Positions 18,099 to 28,510 are shown, counted from the first letter of the stretch. The stretch is DNA of 47,210 nt from an uncultured Planctomycetales bacterium (GCA_964582765.1 CAZOSW010000005.1:1-47210), one strand, 5' to 3'. Notes: generated by a model not told the origin, from the sequence alone. A program made the numbers and translations.

Positions 18099-19330
18099 TT
18101 TAATTCCTTAGTTATGTTTTCTATGGGGATCTCTCTTTGAGTGCTATTTGACATGTCTTTAACCGAAATAATATTCTTTTTTAACTCATCGTCGCCTAAG
18201 ATTAAGACTACGCTTGCTTCTGCGTCATTAGCTGCGCGCATAGCCCCTTTTAAGGATTTGCTTAAATAATCCGTATCACAGGGGATTTCTGCGGACCTGA
18301 GTTGGTTTAATATTTTTAAACCCCTAGATTTTGCGGCTTGGCCTAAGGTAATTAGGTATACTAATTTTTTCTGCGGTTTTTGCATAACTGAGTTTTTAGC
18401 TAAAAGCAGGCGTTCTACGCCAAAAGCAAAACCTATACCTTCTAAATCCTGGCCGCCCAATTCTTTTACTAGGTTGCTGTAACGGCCTCCTGCTCCGATT
18501 GCGTCCTGGCTTCCCAGATTTGAATGCGTAATCTCAAAGACGGTTCGATTGTAATAATCAAGCCCGCGCACAAGCTGAGGCGTAATTTCAAAAGCTATAT
18601 CTAAATTATTCAATTCGTTTTTTACCTTGCCAAAATGCGCCAGGCATTCCGGACAAAGATGGTTATCTGAAGGATAAAGCTCTTTAACTATTTTTTGACA
18701 AGTTTCATTCTTACAGTCTAATACCCGTAATACATTATTTTTCAATCTTTGCTGGCAGTCAAAACATAGTTGGCTTGATTTTTTTTGCAGTTTTTCTTTT
18801 AGGGCTAAGCTTAACGCCTGTTTATCTTTTGTGCAGCCAAGACTGTTAATTTTAATTTTATATCCCGTAATACCAAAATTTTTGAGCAGCTGTTCGGCTA
18901 AGCTAATTACTTCTACATCAAGAGCCGGTTCAGCAGACCCGATTACTTCACAACCAATATGATGAAACTGGCGCAGCCTTCCTTTTTGCGGACGTTCAAG
19001 GCGAAACATCGGACCGAGATAATATAATTTTATAAAACCGGATTCTTTATCTAAATTATTTTCAAGATAACTGCGCACAATTGAAGCAGTGCCTTCGGGG
19101 CGCAAGGCGTAGATATCCTCTTGATTATGAATAAGAAACATCTGTTTTTGCACAATTTCGGCCGTCGCGCCTAAGGTGCGGTTAAAAAGAGCTGCCTCTT
19201 CTATTATGGGAGTGCGAATTTCCTGATAATTATAAAGAGAGAAAATTTTACGCGCTGTTATTTCAATTTTCTGCCAAGAGGAAACCTCATCAGGCAGTAT
19301 ATCTTTAGTGCCCGGTACATGTTTAAACAT
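18092..19330 (-). CDS. hisS: Histidine--tRNA ligase
   Basis: LRPEGTA, RPQKGRLRQFH, LVRGLDYY and GGRY. Confidence 0.97.
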   Translation of the reverse strand: MFKHVPGTKDILPDEVSSWQKIEITARKIFSLYNYQEIRTPIIEEAALFNRTLGATAEIVQKQMFLIHNQEDIYALRPEGTASIVRSYLENNLDKESGFIKLYYLGPMFRLERPQKGRLRQFHHIGCEVIGSAEPALDVEVISLAEQLLKNFGITGYKIKINSLGCTKDKQALSLALKEKLQKKSSQLCFDCQQRLKNNVLRVLDCKNETCQKIVKELYPSDNHLCPECLAHFGKVKNELNNLDIAFEITPQLVRGLDYYNRTVFEITHSNLGSQDAIGAGGRYSNLVKELGGQDLEGIGFAFGVERLLLAKNSVMQKPQKKLVYLITLGQAAKSRGLKILNQLRSAEIPCDTDYLSKSLKGAMRAANDAEASVVLILGDDELKKNIISVKDMSNSTQREIPIENITKELKC

Positions 19331-19358
19331 AGATTATTTATTAGTTTTTATAGGTTTT

Positions 19359-19400
19359 CCCGTAAAGAGTTCCCTCGGCGCGGGGCGCCACTTCTAACGG
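19359..19400. repeat. Degenerate CCCGTTAGA...TCTAACGG palindromic element (family D, D1)
   Basis: CCCGTAAAGAG...CTTCTAACGG arms resemble those at 37133-37165. Confidence 0.5.
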
Positions 19401-19403
19401 TAT

Positions 19404-19676
19404 TTACTTAATTTTTTGTTTCATTTCCAAGCCTGCTTTGAAGACGACCACTTTTCTGGGCGGGACAGGGATAACCTGATTGGTGCGCGGATTTCTGCCT
19501 GTACGGCTCCTTCTTTGCTTTACCTTAAAAACGCCAAAATTACGTAATTCAATTTTTTCGCCTCTGACTAAAGCATCGATAATACAATCAAAGGTCTTTT
19601 GCACAACTTTTTTAACGTCTATTTGTTTTAAATTGCTTTCATCAGATACTTTTAAGACTATATCTTTCTTGGTCAT
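19404..19676 (-). CDS. HU/IHF-family DNA-binding protein
   Basis: MTKKDIV, IELRNFGVF and GRNPRT. Start reassigned to the ATG at 19676 behind AGGAGG. Confidence 0.95.
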   Translation of the reverse strand: MTKKDIVLKVSDESNLKQIDVKKVVQKTFDCIIDALVRGEKIELRNFGVFKVKQRRSRTGRNPRTNQVIPVPPRKVVVFKAGLEMKQKIK

Positions 19677-19793
19677 GCTAAGCCTCCTTGACAGAATAAT
19701 ACCCCCCGCGCAATTTTCGCTTTCGAGCCGAACACTTGCCAAATTTATATCTCGACAAAGTGCTTTATGAGCATGGGGCCTTACTTGCTAAGT

Positions 19794-19822
19794 ATAATAA
19801 CAGCAGAAAGTTACAATGTCAA
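19794..19822 (-). promoter_or_regulatory. Sigma-70 promoter for HU/IHF-hisS-aspS
   Basis: TTGACA-17 nt-TATTAT. Confidence 0.7.
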
Positions 19823-19850
19823 GGAAATTTTGAAAATTTAAACTCGGTTT

Positions 19851-19932
19851 TAGTTATTAGCTCATAGGTATTAGCTCATAGGTACCATTGTACAGTGACC
19901 TAAGAGCCAAGAGCTATGAGCTAAGAACTAAC
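19851..19932. repeat. Heptamer-palindrome element family B, copy B1
   Basis: TAGTTAT TAGCTCA TAGGTAT TAGCTCA TAGGTAC-CATTGTACAGT-GACCTAA GAGCCAA GAGCTAT GAGCTAA GAACTAA. Abuts the dnaE stop. Confidence 0.9.
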
Positions 19933-22900
19933 TCAAATTACAAGGGATAATCTTTTTTCCCCCAATAGTTCGTCTAAATCTTGAATAAGTTTTTCGTTCG
20001 GGCTGACATAAAGGTTTTCGCCTACAATTAGTTGTATACGGGATTTAGCAGGAGTATCAAGACGTAGATACACGGGAATATTTCCCCGGTAATCTTCAAG
20101 CAGAGTTTTTAAGGATTCAAAAATATTTTCTCTTATCCCTGATAGGTTAATACTCATCGCAGTAATTAATTTATAAATTTCATCAAACGGAATAAGGTCT
20201 TCAACAATTATCTTCGGGTTTTCTTCTTTAAGATCCACTATGCCGCGGATATGCACTATGGTGTTTGGCTGGATATAGCTGCCTATTTTGGCAAAAGCAC
20301 GCGGAAAAACCAATACTTCTACTGCTCCGTCTAAATCCTCTATTTTCAGTATTGCCATCTTTTCTTGCTTGGCGCGCGTAACTGTATGCTTAATCTTGAC
20401 AATTAGCCCGACTATTTTAATCTGATCCTGATCTTTATGTTCATGCAAATTAGACGTGGAGCAAGAGGTGAAACGTTTAAGCTGCTTGGCATATCGGGCC
20501 AGAGGGTGGCCACTAACATAAAAACCTAACATATCCTTTTCAAAACCAAGTAATTGTGGTTCAGGCCATTCTCTTATGTCGGATAAGTTGCTTGTGTTTT
20601 CCACAAATGCGTTATCGTTTAAAGCTTGATCAAAAAATGAAAGCTGCCCGCTTAATTTTTCTTTTTTAATCCTTTGAGCGCCTTCCATCGCCGCATCTAA
20701 GCTGGCAAACATTTGGGCCCTGGATAGATTAAAATAATCCAACGCCCCGCACTTAATTAAGCTTTCTAAAACCTTGCGGTTTGCCAATCTTAAATCGATT
20801 CGGTTGCAAAGATCACTCAAAGATTTAAATTTTTCTTCCCTTCTGGCTCCAACAATAGATTCGGCGGCGCCTTGTCCTACGTTTTTTATGGCTAAGAGTC
20901 CAAAGCGGATGGTTTTTTCATCTTCTACCTTAAAGAGCGGCTCACTTTCATTTATATCAGGAGGCTGTACTTTTAAGCCCATTCGATCTGCCTCATTTAC
21001 ATATTCGACAATCTTGTCGGTATTATTACGTTCTGAAGTAAGTAAAGCGGTCATAAATTCAACCGGGTAATTTGCCTTTAAATATGCGGTGCGATAAGAA
21101 ATTAAGGCATAGGCGGTTGAATGCGATTTATTAAAACCATAGCCTGAGAAATATTCGATTAGATCAAATATTTTGCTGGCGGTACTCTCTCTTATTGAGT
21201 TTTTAATACACCCGCTTATAAAATTCTTCCTTTCTTTTTCCATAACTTCGGGAATCTTTTTACCCATGGCTTTACGCAAAATATCCGCTTGAGCCAGCGA
21301 AAATCCTGCTAAATTGGATGCGATTTGCATAATTTGTTCCTGGTAAACCATAATTCCGTAAGTTTCCTTAAGAATAACCTCTAGCTTAGGATGTTCATAT
21401 TTAATAGGAATAATTCCGTGTTTACGTTTCATAAAATCATCAAGCATTCCTGAGCCGATTGGCCCCGGGCGATACAACGCCAAAAGCGCAATTAAATCTT
21501 CAAAACGCTCAGGCACAAGTTTTTTAAGTAAATCGCGCATTCCGGAACTTTCCACCTGGAATATTCCGATTGTATGGCTTGAGGCAAGGAGTTTATAAGT
21601 GTTTTGATCATCTAAAGAAATTTTCTCGATATCAACTTCAATCCCGCGAATTTTCTTAATTAATTTTAGAGTTTCATCAATAACGGTTAAAGTCCTAAGC
21701 CCGAGAAAATCAACTTTTAGCAGGCCGATTTTTTCAAGCACCCCCATGCTATATCCGGTAGTAATTTGGTCATCTGAGGTTTTAAATAACGGCATATAGT
21801 TATTTAAAGGTTTATCCGCAATAATTACCCCTGCGGCATGAACCGAGGCATGGCGGTTTAATCCTTCAAGAGATAAAGCAATATTAATCAGCTTGGTTAT
21901 CTGCGGGTCATTTTTGTAAAGATTCTTTAATTCCGGTTCGCTTTCCAAGGATTTTTTAAGAGTCATATCAAGTTCGGCAGGAATCATCTTGGCAATACGG
22001 TCAACGTCCGCATAAGTAATTCCCATAACGCGCCCTACATCCCTAATTACTGCCCTGGCCTGCATTGTGCCAAAAGTAATAATTTGAGCAACATCGTCTT
22101 GGCCGTATTTTTTAGTTACATAATCAATTACCTCCTGCCTGCGTTCATAGCAAAAATCAATATCGATATCCGGTAGCCCCAAACGTTGAGGATTTAAAAA
22201 TCTTTCAAAAAGCAACCCGTATTTTAACGGGTCCAGATCGGTAATTCCTAAAAGGAAACTTACTAAGCTGCCTGCGGCTGAGCCTCTTCCCGGGCCGACT
22301 GGAACGCCCTGGCTTTTAGCGTAAGCAATAAAATCCCAGACGATTAAAAAATAACTGATAAAACCCATATCTTTTATAATCTTTAATTCATGATCAAGGC
22401 GCTTTTGTGCACTGGTGTCATTTTTAAGATTTTTTTCAATTAATCCTTTTTCGCAAAGCCCGAGTAAAAACTCTTCCTTATCTTTTCCTCCCGGAGGGCT
22501 AAATTTAGGCAGGTGCATCTTTGTAAAATCTAATTCCAGATTACAACGCCGGGCAATTTCTAAAGTATTTTTTATTGCTTCAGGTAAGTCAGAGAATATT
22601 TTTTTCATTTCTTCAGGAGAACGAAAATAAAATTCATCTGTCTGGAAACGCATATGCTTAGGATCATCAAGGGTGGTTTGGGTTTGGATGCATAACAATG
22701 CTTCGTGAGCAGCGGCTTTATCTTTGGTTGGATAATGCACATCGTTTGTTGCAACTAAGGGAATGTCCAGCTCCTTAGAAATTTTAATCATGCCTTCGTT
22801 TACAATCTTTTGCTCGGGGATAGAGTTGGCTTGGACCTCCAGAAAGAAGTTCCTCCTGCCAAGAATATTTTGATAATTATCAGCGGCTTTTAGGGCATCA

Positions 22901-23367
22901 TTAAAACGTTTTTGCAATAGAAGTGCGGCAACTTCTCCTTTGAGGCAAGCGGATGAGCCGATTAATCCTTTAGCATATTGAGAAAGTACATCTTTGTCTA
23001 TACGCGGACGATAATAAAACCCTTCGAGATAGCCGATAGAAACCAGCTTCATTAAATTACGATACCCCTCTTCATCGCGGGCTAAAAGGATTAAATGGTT
23101 AGCTATATCCTCAATTGCCCCTGTGCTTTTATCTAACCTGCTTTTCGGGGCAACGTAAACTTCGCAACCGATGATCGGTTTGATTCCTGTTTTTTGTGCT
23201 TCTAGATAAAATTCAATCGCTCCGAACATGTTGCCATGATCGGTAATAGCAAGTGCACCCATTTTAAAACTCTTGGCAATGGAAAGTATTTCAGGTATAC
23301 GGCAGGCTCCGTCAAGAAGGCTGTATTGAGTGTGCAGATGCAGGTGGATAAATTCAGAGCTAGGCAT
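19933..23367 (-). CDS. dnaE: DNA polymerase III alpha subunit
   Basis: PHP domain HLHLHTQYSLLDG, GPGRGSAAGS, PDIDIDF and YGFNKSH. Start placed at ATG 23367 because the upstream in-frame extension is repeat B2. Confidence 0.96.
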   Translation of the reverse strand: MPSSEFIHLHLHTQYSLLDGACRIPEILSIAKSFKMGALAITDHGNMFGAIEFYLEAQKTGIKPIIGCEVYVAPKSRLDKSTGAIEDIANHLILLARDEEGYRNLMKLVSIGYLEGFYYRPRIDKDVLSQYAKGLIGSSACLKGEVAALLLQKRFNDALKAADNYQNILGRRNFFLEVQANSIPEQKIVNEGMIKISKELDIPLVATNDVHYPTKDKAAAHEALLCIQTQTTLDDPKHMRFQTDEFYFRSPEEMKKIFSDLPEAIKNTLEIARRCNLELDFTKMHLPKFSPPGGKDKEEFLLGLCEKGLIEKNLKNDTSAQKRLDHELKIIKDMGFISYFLIVWDFIAYAKSQGVPVGPGRGSAAGSLVSFLLGITDLDPLKYGLLFERFLNPQRLGLPDIDIDFCYERRQEVIDYVTKKYGQDDVAQIITFGTMQARAVIRDVGRVMGITYADVDRIAKMIPAELDMTLKKSLESEPELKNLYKNDPQITKLINIALSLEGLNRHASVHAAGVIIADKPLNNYMPLFKTSDDQITTGYSMGVLEKIGLLKVDFLGLRTLTVIDETLKLIKKIRGIEVDIEKISLDDQNTYKLLASSHTIGIFQVESSGMRDLLKKLVPERFEDLIALLALYRPGPIGSGMLDDFMKRKHGIIPIKYEHPKLEVILKETYGIMVYQEQIMQIASNLAGFSLAQADILRKAMGKKIPEVMEKERKNFISGCIKNSIRESTASKIFDLIEYFSGYGFNKSHSTAYALISYRTAYLKANYPVEFMTALLTSERNNTDKIVEYVNEADRMGLKVQPPDINESEPLFKVEDEKTIRFGLLAIKNVGQGAAESIVGARREEKFKSLSDLCNRIDLRLANRKVLESLIKCGALDYFNLSRAQMFASLDAAMEGAQRIKKEKLSGQLSFFDQALNDNAFVENTSNLSDIREWPEPQLLGFEKDMLGFYVSGHPLARYAKQLKRFTSCSTSNLHEHKDQDQIKIVGLIVKIKHTVTRAKQEKMAILKIEDLDGAVEVLVFPRAFAKIGSYIQPNTIVHIRGIVDLKEENPKIIVEDLIPFDEIYKLITAMSINLSGIRENIFESLKTLLEDYRGNIPVYLRLDTPAKSRIQLIVGENLYVSPNEKLIQDLDELLGEKRLSLVI

Positions 23368-23371
23368 GTGT

Positions 23372-23452
23372 TTAGTTCTTAGTTCATAGCTCTTAGGTTG
23401 CAAGGAAACCCACGGTTTTCTAAGAGCTAAAACCTAAGAGCTAAGACCTAAA
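23372..23452. repeat. Heptamer-palindrome element family B, copy B2
   Basis: TAGTTCT TAGTTCA TAGCTCT TAGGTTG-loop (GAAACC-CAC-GGTTTT)-CTAAGAG CTAAAAC CTAAGAG CTAAGAC CTAA. Confidence 0.88.
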
Positions 23453-23467
23453 AGTTTCTAAAATCTA

Positions 23468-25009
23468 TCATTCCCACTCGATTGTTGCCGGAGGTTTAGA
23501 GCTTATATCGTAAACAACTCGATTAATTCCTCTAACTTCATTGATGATTCGGTTAGAAATTTTTTCTAAAACTTCGTAAGGGAGTTTTACCCAATCAGCG
23601 GTCATCCCGTCAAAACTGGATACGCAGCGAAGTGCTGCGACATTTTCATATGTACGCTGGTCACCCATAATTCCTACGCTTTTTATTGGAAGCAGTACTG
23701 CAAAGGATTGCCACACCTGTTCATATAAACCGGCTTTTGAAATTTCCTCGATAACGCGCTTATCTGCTTCACGTAAAAGATCAAGGCGTTCTTGATTCAA
23801 GTCACCAATAATCCTGACTGCCAGTCCCGGCCCAGGAAATGGCTGGCGCTGTACAATATTTTCAGGTAACCCCATCTGCCTGCCAATTTGACGTGTTTCA
23901 TCCTTAAATATTTCCTTTAATGGCTCAATAAGTTTAAGCTTCATTTGTGCGGGTAGCCCGCCGACATTATGATGGCTTTTAATCTTTCTACTTGGGCCGC
24001 CTGTTGGCGAGACGGATTCAATTACATCCGGATATAATGTTCCCTGGCCTAAGAATTTTGCGCCTTTAGTTTTTTTTGCCTCTTCTTCAAAGACCTTAAC
24101 AAACTCATCACCGATTATTTTCCTTTTTTCTTCAGGATCGGTTATTCCTTTTAACCGCAGGAGGAATCTTTTACTTCTATCAACATAGCTTAGGTTAAGA
24201 TGGTATATATCTTTAAATACACTCCTAACCTGCTCTGCCTCGCCTTTTCTTAACAAGCCGTTATCAATAAATATGCAGCGTAAATTCCTGCCGATAGCTT
24301 TATGAATTAATAAGGCGGCGACAGAAGAATCCACGCCGCCGCTTAAGCCTAAAATAACCTTATCGCGGCCGACTGTTTTTTTGATATTTTCAATCGATTC
24401 CTTGATAAATGACTGCATGGTCCATCTGCCTGAAGCGCCGCATGCCTTGAATAAAAAGTTACCCAAGATCTGACTGCCTTTTTCCGTGTGGGTTACTTCC
24501 GGGTGAAACTGAACGGCAAATATCTTTTTCTTATTGTTAGAGATTGCGGCAATCGGGGTATTAGTAGTATGAGCAATAGTATGAAATCCCGGCGGCATTT
24601 TAGTTACATAATCTCCATGGCTTGCCCAACAAGTAAAATTACCCGGCAGATGGTTGAAAAGATCCCGGTTATCATCGATAAATAACTCTACCTTTCCATA
24701 CTCGCGCTCACGGGTATGCTTAACCTTGCCTCCCAAGAGTTCACAAATTACCTGCATTCCATAGCAAATACCTAACACAGGTATCCCTAATTTAAAAATA
24801 TTCTTATCAGGATAGGGTGATTTCTTGTTAACTACTGAAGCCGGCCCGCCGGAAAGAATTATTCCCTTGGGATTTAAAGCAGCAATCTCTTTTGCCGGAG
24901 TGTTGTAAGGAATGATTATTGAAAAAACCTTGTTCTCCCTTACTCTGCGGGCAATTAACTGTGTATATTGTGAACCAAAATCCAATATTAATATTGTTTG
25001 TCTTGTCAT
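23468..25009 (-). CDS. guaA: GMP synthase (glutamine-hydrolysing)
   Basis: [34 protein letters not shown] and KPPATIEWE. Confidence 0.98.
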   Translation of the reverse strand: MTRQTILILDFGSQYTQLIARRVRENKVFSIIIPYNTPAKEIAALNPKGIILSGGPASVVNKKSPYPDKNIFKLGIPVLGICYGMQVICELLGGKVKHTREREYGKVELFIDDNRDLFNHLPGNFTCWASHGDYVTKMPPGFHTIAHTTNTPIAAISNNKKKIFAVQFHPEVTHTEKGSQILGNFLFKACGASGRWTMQSFIKESIENIKKTVGRDKVILGLSGGVDSSVAALLIHKAIGRNLRCIFIDNGLLRKGEAEQVRSVFKDIYHLNLSYVDRSKRFLLRLKGITDPEEKRKIIGDEFVKVFEEEAKKTKGAKFLGQGTLYPDVIESVSPTGGPSRKIKSHHNVGGLPAQMKLKLIEPLKEIFKDETRQIGRQMGLPENIVQRQPFPGPGLAVRIIGDLNQERLDLLREADKRVIEEISKAGLYEQVWQSFAVLLPIKSVGIMGDQRTYENVAALRCVSSFDGMTADWVKLPYEVLEKISNRIINEVRGINRVVYDISSKPPATIEWE

Positions 25010-26166
25010 TTTCCCATCCCTACTCTTTGGCCTACCTGAAATATTTTTCCTTCAGTCTGAATAGAAGGAGCAATAATAATTTCCACATCATGCATTTCTT
25101 TTAAACTTGAAGCTCCGAGAGAGCCCATAGATGTCTTTAATGCCCCGAGCAGGTTTTGAGATCCGTCATCTACTTTTGCCGGGCCAAGCAGGATTTCTTT
25201 TAAGGCTCCTGTTGAGCCTACCTGAATACGGGTTCCGCGGGGAAGGTTAACATGCGAAGTAGCCATGCCCCAGTGAAATCCCCTTCCCGGTGCCTCTTTG
25301 GCGCGTGCAAAACTTGAGCCGATCATCACCGCATCGGCACCGCAGGCAAAAGCCTTACAGATATCTCCGCCGCGATTCATCCCCCCGTCAGTAATAATAG
25401 AAACATACCTTCCTGTGCGTTTAAAATAAAAATCCCTGGCGCTAGCAGCATCAACCGTAGCAGTAACCTGGGGTACCCCGATTCCTAAGACGCCCCGGGT
25501 AGTGCATGCTGCCCCAGGCCCTACGCCTATAAGCAGAGCGCTGGCACCTGTAGCCATCAATTCTAAAGTCATTTCATAAGTTACGCAATTTCCAAGAATA
25601 ACCGGAATTTTTAAGGATTTACAAAATTTTTCAAGATTAAGTGTTTTATACTGAGTAGAGAGGTGTTTAATGCTAGCAACTGTAGACTGTAGGACAAAAA
25701 TATCACATCCGGCCCTAACGGCCAATTTTGAAAATTTTTCTGCATTAGCCGGAATACAACTTACTACCGCCATAGCTTTCGCTTTTTTAATTTGGGCAAC
25801 TCTCTTTGTGATTAATTTCTCTTTTATGGGGGTAGTATAAACTTCCTGGATTAGCTCTGTGGCCTTGGCAGGTGTAGCCTTAGCAATTTCTTCCAATACT
25901 TCATCAGGATTTTCATAGCGGGTTTGAATCCCATCAAGGTTTAAAACTGCAATTCCGCCTAAACGGGACATTTCAATTGCAAACTTTACATCTACTACTC
26001 CATCCATGGCTGCAGCGAGTATAGGTATTTTAAAATTTTTCCCGTTAAATTTAAAACTGATATCAACTTCATTAGGATTTACGGTTTTTGAGCCGGGAAC
26101 TAAGGCAATCTCGTCAAACCCATAGCATCTCCTTGCCCTCCTGTTTATACCTATCCACTCTGCCAT
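25006..26166 (-). CDS. GuaB3-type IMP dehydrogenase-related protein (no CBS domains)
   Basis: [16 protein letters not shown], catalytic loop [13 protein letters not shown] and HWGMAT. Overlaps the guaA start. Confidence 0.92.
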   Translation of the reverse strand: MAEWIGINRRARRCYGFDEIALVPGSKTVNPNEVDISFKFNGKNFKIPILAAAMDGVVDVKFAIEMSRLGGIAVLNLDGIQTRYENPDEVLEEIAKATPAKATELIQEVYTTPIKEKLITKRVAQIKKAKAMAVVSCIPANAEKFSKLAVRAGCDIFVLQSTVASIKHLSTQYKTLNLEKFCKSLKIPVILGNCVTYEMTLELMATGASALLIGVGPGAACTTRGVLGIGVPQVTATVDAASARDFYFKRTGRYVSIITDGGMNRGGDICKAFACGADAVMIGSSFARAKEAPGRGFHWGMATSHVNLPRGTRIQVGSTGALKEILLGPAKVDDGSQNLLGALKTSMGSLGASSLKEMHDVEIIIAPSIQTEGKIFQVGQRVGMGK

Positions 26167-26260
26167 TTTAAATTCTCCTTAATTATTGTATAACTTGTTG
26201 TTTTGTAATAAGTTACGAATATTTCGCCTCACTTTGGAGAAAATACCGAAAGGATTACAA

Positions 26261-26289
26261 ATTTTATACTATTTGGCGTCTTTTGTCAA
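26261..26289 (-). promoter_or_regulatory. Sigma-70 promoter for guaB3-guaA
   Basis: TTGACA-17 nt-TAAAAT. Confidence 0.7.
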
Positions 26290-26309
26290 TAGATATTTTA
26301 AACGGATAG

Positions 26310-26353
26310 AATACGACCCTGTTTCCATAATAATCGGGAAACAGGGTCGTATT
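26310..26353. terminator. Perfect 17-bp stem-loop downstream of groEL, putative terminator or REP-like element
   Basis: AATACGACCCTGTTTCC-10 nt-GGAAACAGGGTCGTATT. No clear U tract. Confidence 0.6.
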
Positions 26354-26381
26354 GGATACTGATTAATGTTTTTTCTAAAAC

Positions 26382-28028
26382 TTAATACATTCCTCCACCC
26401 ATACCGCCCATACCACCCATACCTCCAGGAGGCATCGGAGGCATCTTTTCATCCTTTTCCGGTTTATCGGCGATTAGAGCTTCAGTAGTAAGCAGTAATG
26501 CGGCAATGCTAGAAGCATTCTGCAGAGCTGAACGAGTTACTTTTGTAGGATCAATTACGCCAGCTTCAATCATATCAACATAGGCATCCTGGCTAACATC
26601 ATAACCTATATTAGTTTTTTCCTGCTTAATTCTTTGTACAACTACTGAACCTTCAAGTCCTGCGTTTTGCGCAATCTGCCTTAAAGGTTCTTCAATGGCA
26701 CGTCTTACAATGTTTGCTCCGATCTTTTCGTCACCCTCTAGCTTTAATTTGTCTAAAGCGCCAATTGTACGGATAAGTGCAATCCCGCCGCCAGGAACAA
26801 TACCTTCCTGAGTAGCAGCACGGGTTGCATGCAGAGCATCTTCTACGCGGGCCTTCTTCTCTTTCATCTCTGTCTCGGTAGCTGCACCAACGTTAATTAC
26901 CGCAACACCGCCGGATAATTTAGCTAGGCGCTCCTGTAATTTTTCTTTATCATAATCTGAATCAGTATCTTCGATCTGTTTTTTAATCTGGCTGATTCTG
27001 GCGTTAATTGCCTGATTTTTTCCAGCACCCTCGACAATCGTAGAATTTTCTTTGTCAATTTTTACTTTTTTAGCGCGCCCAAGATCCTCGATATCAACAT
27101 TTTCAAGCTTAATACCTAAATCTTCGGTAAGGGCTTTTCCGCCGGTTAAAACAGCAATATCTTCAAGCATTGCTTTGCGCCTATCCCCATAACCCGGAGC
27201 TTTTACTGCGCATGCAACAAAAGTACCGCGGATTTTATTAACTACTAATGTCGCCAAAGCTTCTCCGTCAACTTCTTCGGCAATGATTAATAGCGGTTTA
27301 CTTGCGCGGGCGATCTTCTCCAATAAAGGAAGGATATCCTTAATTGAGGATATTTTTTTCTCATAAATAAGGATGTAGGCATCCTCTAAGAGCACTTCCA
27401 TTCTTTCGGCATCAGTTACGAAGTAGGGAGATAAATACCCCTGATCAAACTGCATGCCTTCCACAACATCTAACGTAGTAGCAGTTGATTTTGCTTCTTC
27501 AACCGTAATTACACCGTCTTTTCCTACCTTATCCATTGCCTCAGCAATTAGTTCACCGATATTCGTATCTGAGTTAGCAGCGATACTGGCAACTTGCGCA
27601 ATTTCCTTTTTGTCTTTAATAGGAGTAGAAAGTTTCCCTAACTCTTCGACTATTTTTGCTACTGCTTTTTCAATCCCGCGTTTTAATTCCATAGGATTTG
27701 ATCCCGCAGTAACATTTTTTAATCCTTCGCGGTAAATTGATTCGGCTAGGACAGTTGCGGTAGTGGTTCCGTCACCGGCGATATCAGAGGTCTTTTCGGC
27801 AACCTCTTTAACCATCTGAGCGCCCATATTTTCAAAAGCATCTTCTAGGTCTATCTCTTTTGCTACGGTTACACCGTCTTTGGTTATAGTCGGTGAACCG
27901 AATTTTTTATCGATTACTACGTTGCGCCCTTTAGGGCCTAATGTTACTTTTACCGCAGCGGCAAGCTGTTCAACGCCTGCTAAAATCTTGCGCCGGGCAT
28001 TATCGCTATACAATAGTTGCTTTGCCAT
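26382..28028 (-). CDS. groL: Chaperonin GroEL
   Basis: [21 protein letters not shown] and GGM tail. Start reassigned to 28028 behind AGGAGG. Confidence 0.98.
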   Translation of the reverse strand: MAKQLLYSDNARRKILAGVEQLAAAVKVTLGPKGRNVVIDKKFGSPTITKDGVTVAKEIDLEDAFENMGAQMVKEVAEKTSDIAGDGTTTATVLAESIYREGLKNVTAGSNPMELKRGIEKAVAKIVEELGKLSTPIKDKKEIAQVASIAANSDTNIGELIAEAMDKVGKDGVITVEEAKSTATTLDVVEGMQFDQGYLSPYFVTDAERMEVLLEDAYILIYEKKISSIKDILPLLEKIARASKPLLIIAEEVDGEALATLVVNKIRGTFVACAVKAPGYGDRRKAMLEDIAVLTGGKALTEDLGIKLENVDIEDLGRAKKVKIDKENSTIVEGAGKNQAINARISQIKKQIEDTDSDYDKEKLQERLAKLSGGVAVINVGAATETEMKEKKARVEDALHATRAATQEGIVPGGGIALIRTIGALDKLKLEGDEKIGANIVRRAIEEPLRQIAQNAGLEGSVVVQRIKQEKTNIGYDVSQDAYVDMIEAGVIDPTKVTRSALQNASSIAALLLTTEALIADKPEKDEKMPPMPPGGMGGMGGMGGGMY

Positions 28029-28070
28029 AAATTCCTCCTTTTTAAGTATGCTGGTTCCGCCGTATTCTTG

Positions 28071-28156
28071 CATTCTGCAAGTATGCAGAATGTGGGATAA
28101 ATTCGTCCAATAACTTATATCGCGCTTTCGCGCTCCATAAGTTATGGCCTCATTTA
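28071..28156. repeat. Dispersed double-hairpin element family C, copy C2
   Basis: CATTCTGCA-AGTA-TGCAGAATG hairpin, then GGATAAATTCG...ATAACTTAT...ATAAGTTAT GGCCTCATTTA, which matches 16096-16155. Confidence 0.8.
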
Positions 28157-28444
28157 CTTAATGATTGCTAAAATATCTTCTTCGCGCAGAATAAGTAATT
28201 CTTCACCTTCCTTGGTCGTAATCTCATTGCCGGAATATTTCCCGAACAATACTTTGTCCCCTACCTTTACCTCAGGGGCCTGAATAGTGCCATTATCTAA
28301 CATCTTGCCTTTTCCTACTGCCATAACTTTCGCCTCTTGTGGTTTTTCTTTAGCAGTATCAGGCAGGACAATGCCGCCTTTACTTTTATTCTCAGCCTCT
28401 AAGGGCTTAACTACGATGCGATCACCTAATGGTTTAATTTCCAT
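28154..28444 (-). CDS. groS: Co-chaperonin GroES
   Basis: [24 protein letters not shown] and VKVGDKV. Confidence 0.98.
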   Translation of the reverse strand: MEIKPLGDRIVVKPLEAENKSKGGIVLPDTAKEKPQEAKVMAVGKGKMLDNGTIQAPEVKVGDKVLFGKYSGNEITTKEGEELLILREEDILAIIK

Positions 28445-28483
28445 TCTGTCACCTCCTTAAAATAGCGGTTTATTAATTTAAAT

Positions 28484-28510
28484 TTAGCACTCTTTTTCCT
28501 AGAGTGCTAA
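28484..28510. promoter_or_regulatory. CIRCE operator (HrcA binding site)
   Basis: Exact TTAGCACTC-N9-GAGTGCTAA upstream of groES. Confidence 0.97.

Noticed and set aside
19677-19742. N-terminal extension of HU/IHF, or a c-di-GMP-I riboswitch (GGCAA...GAAA)
   Set aside because: A strong RBS sits before ATG 19676, and the second stem and conserved residues of the riboswitch are not present.
23368-23403. dnaE N-terminal extension MQPKSYELRTKH
   Set aside because: It is a translation of repeat B2 from a TTG without an RBS. The conserved sequence begins after ATG 23367. Not formally excluded.
26167-26260. Purine riboswitch upstream of guaB3-guaA
   Set aside because: It lacks the conserved UAUAA, AUAUGG, UUUCUACC and CCGUAAA elements.
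28029-28073. GroEL N-terminal extension
   Set aside because: It starts in the family C hairpin. The canonical MAKQ start has an AGGAGG RBS.
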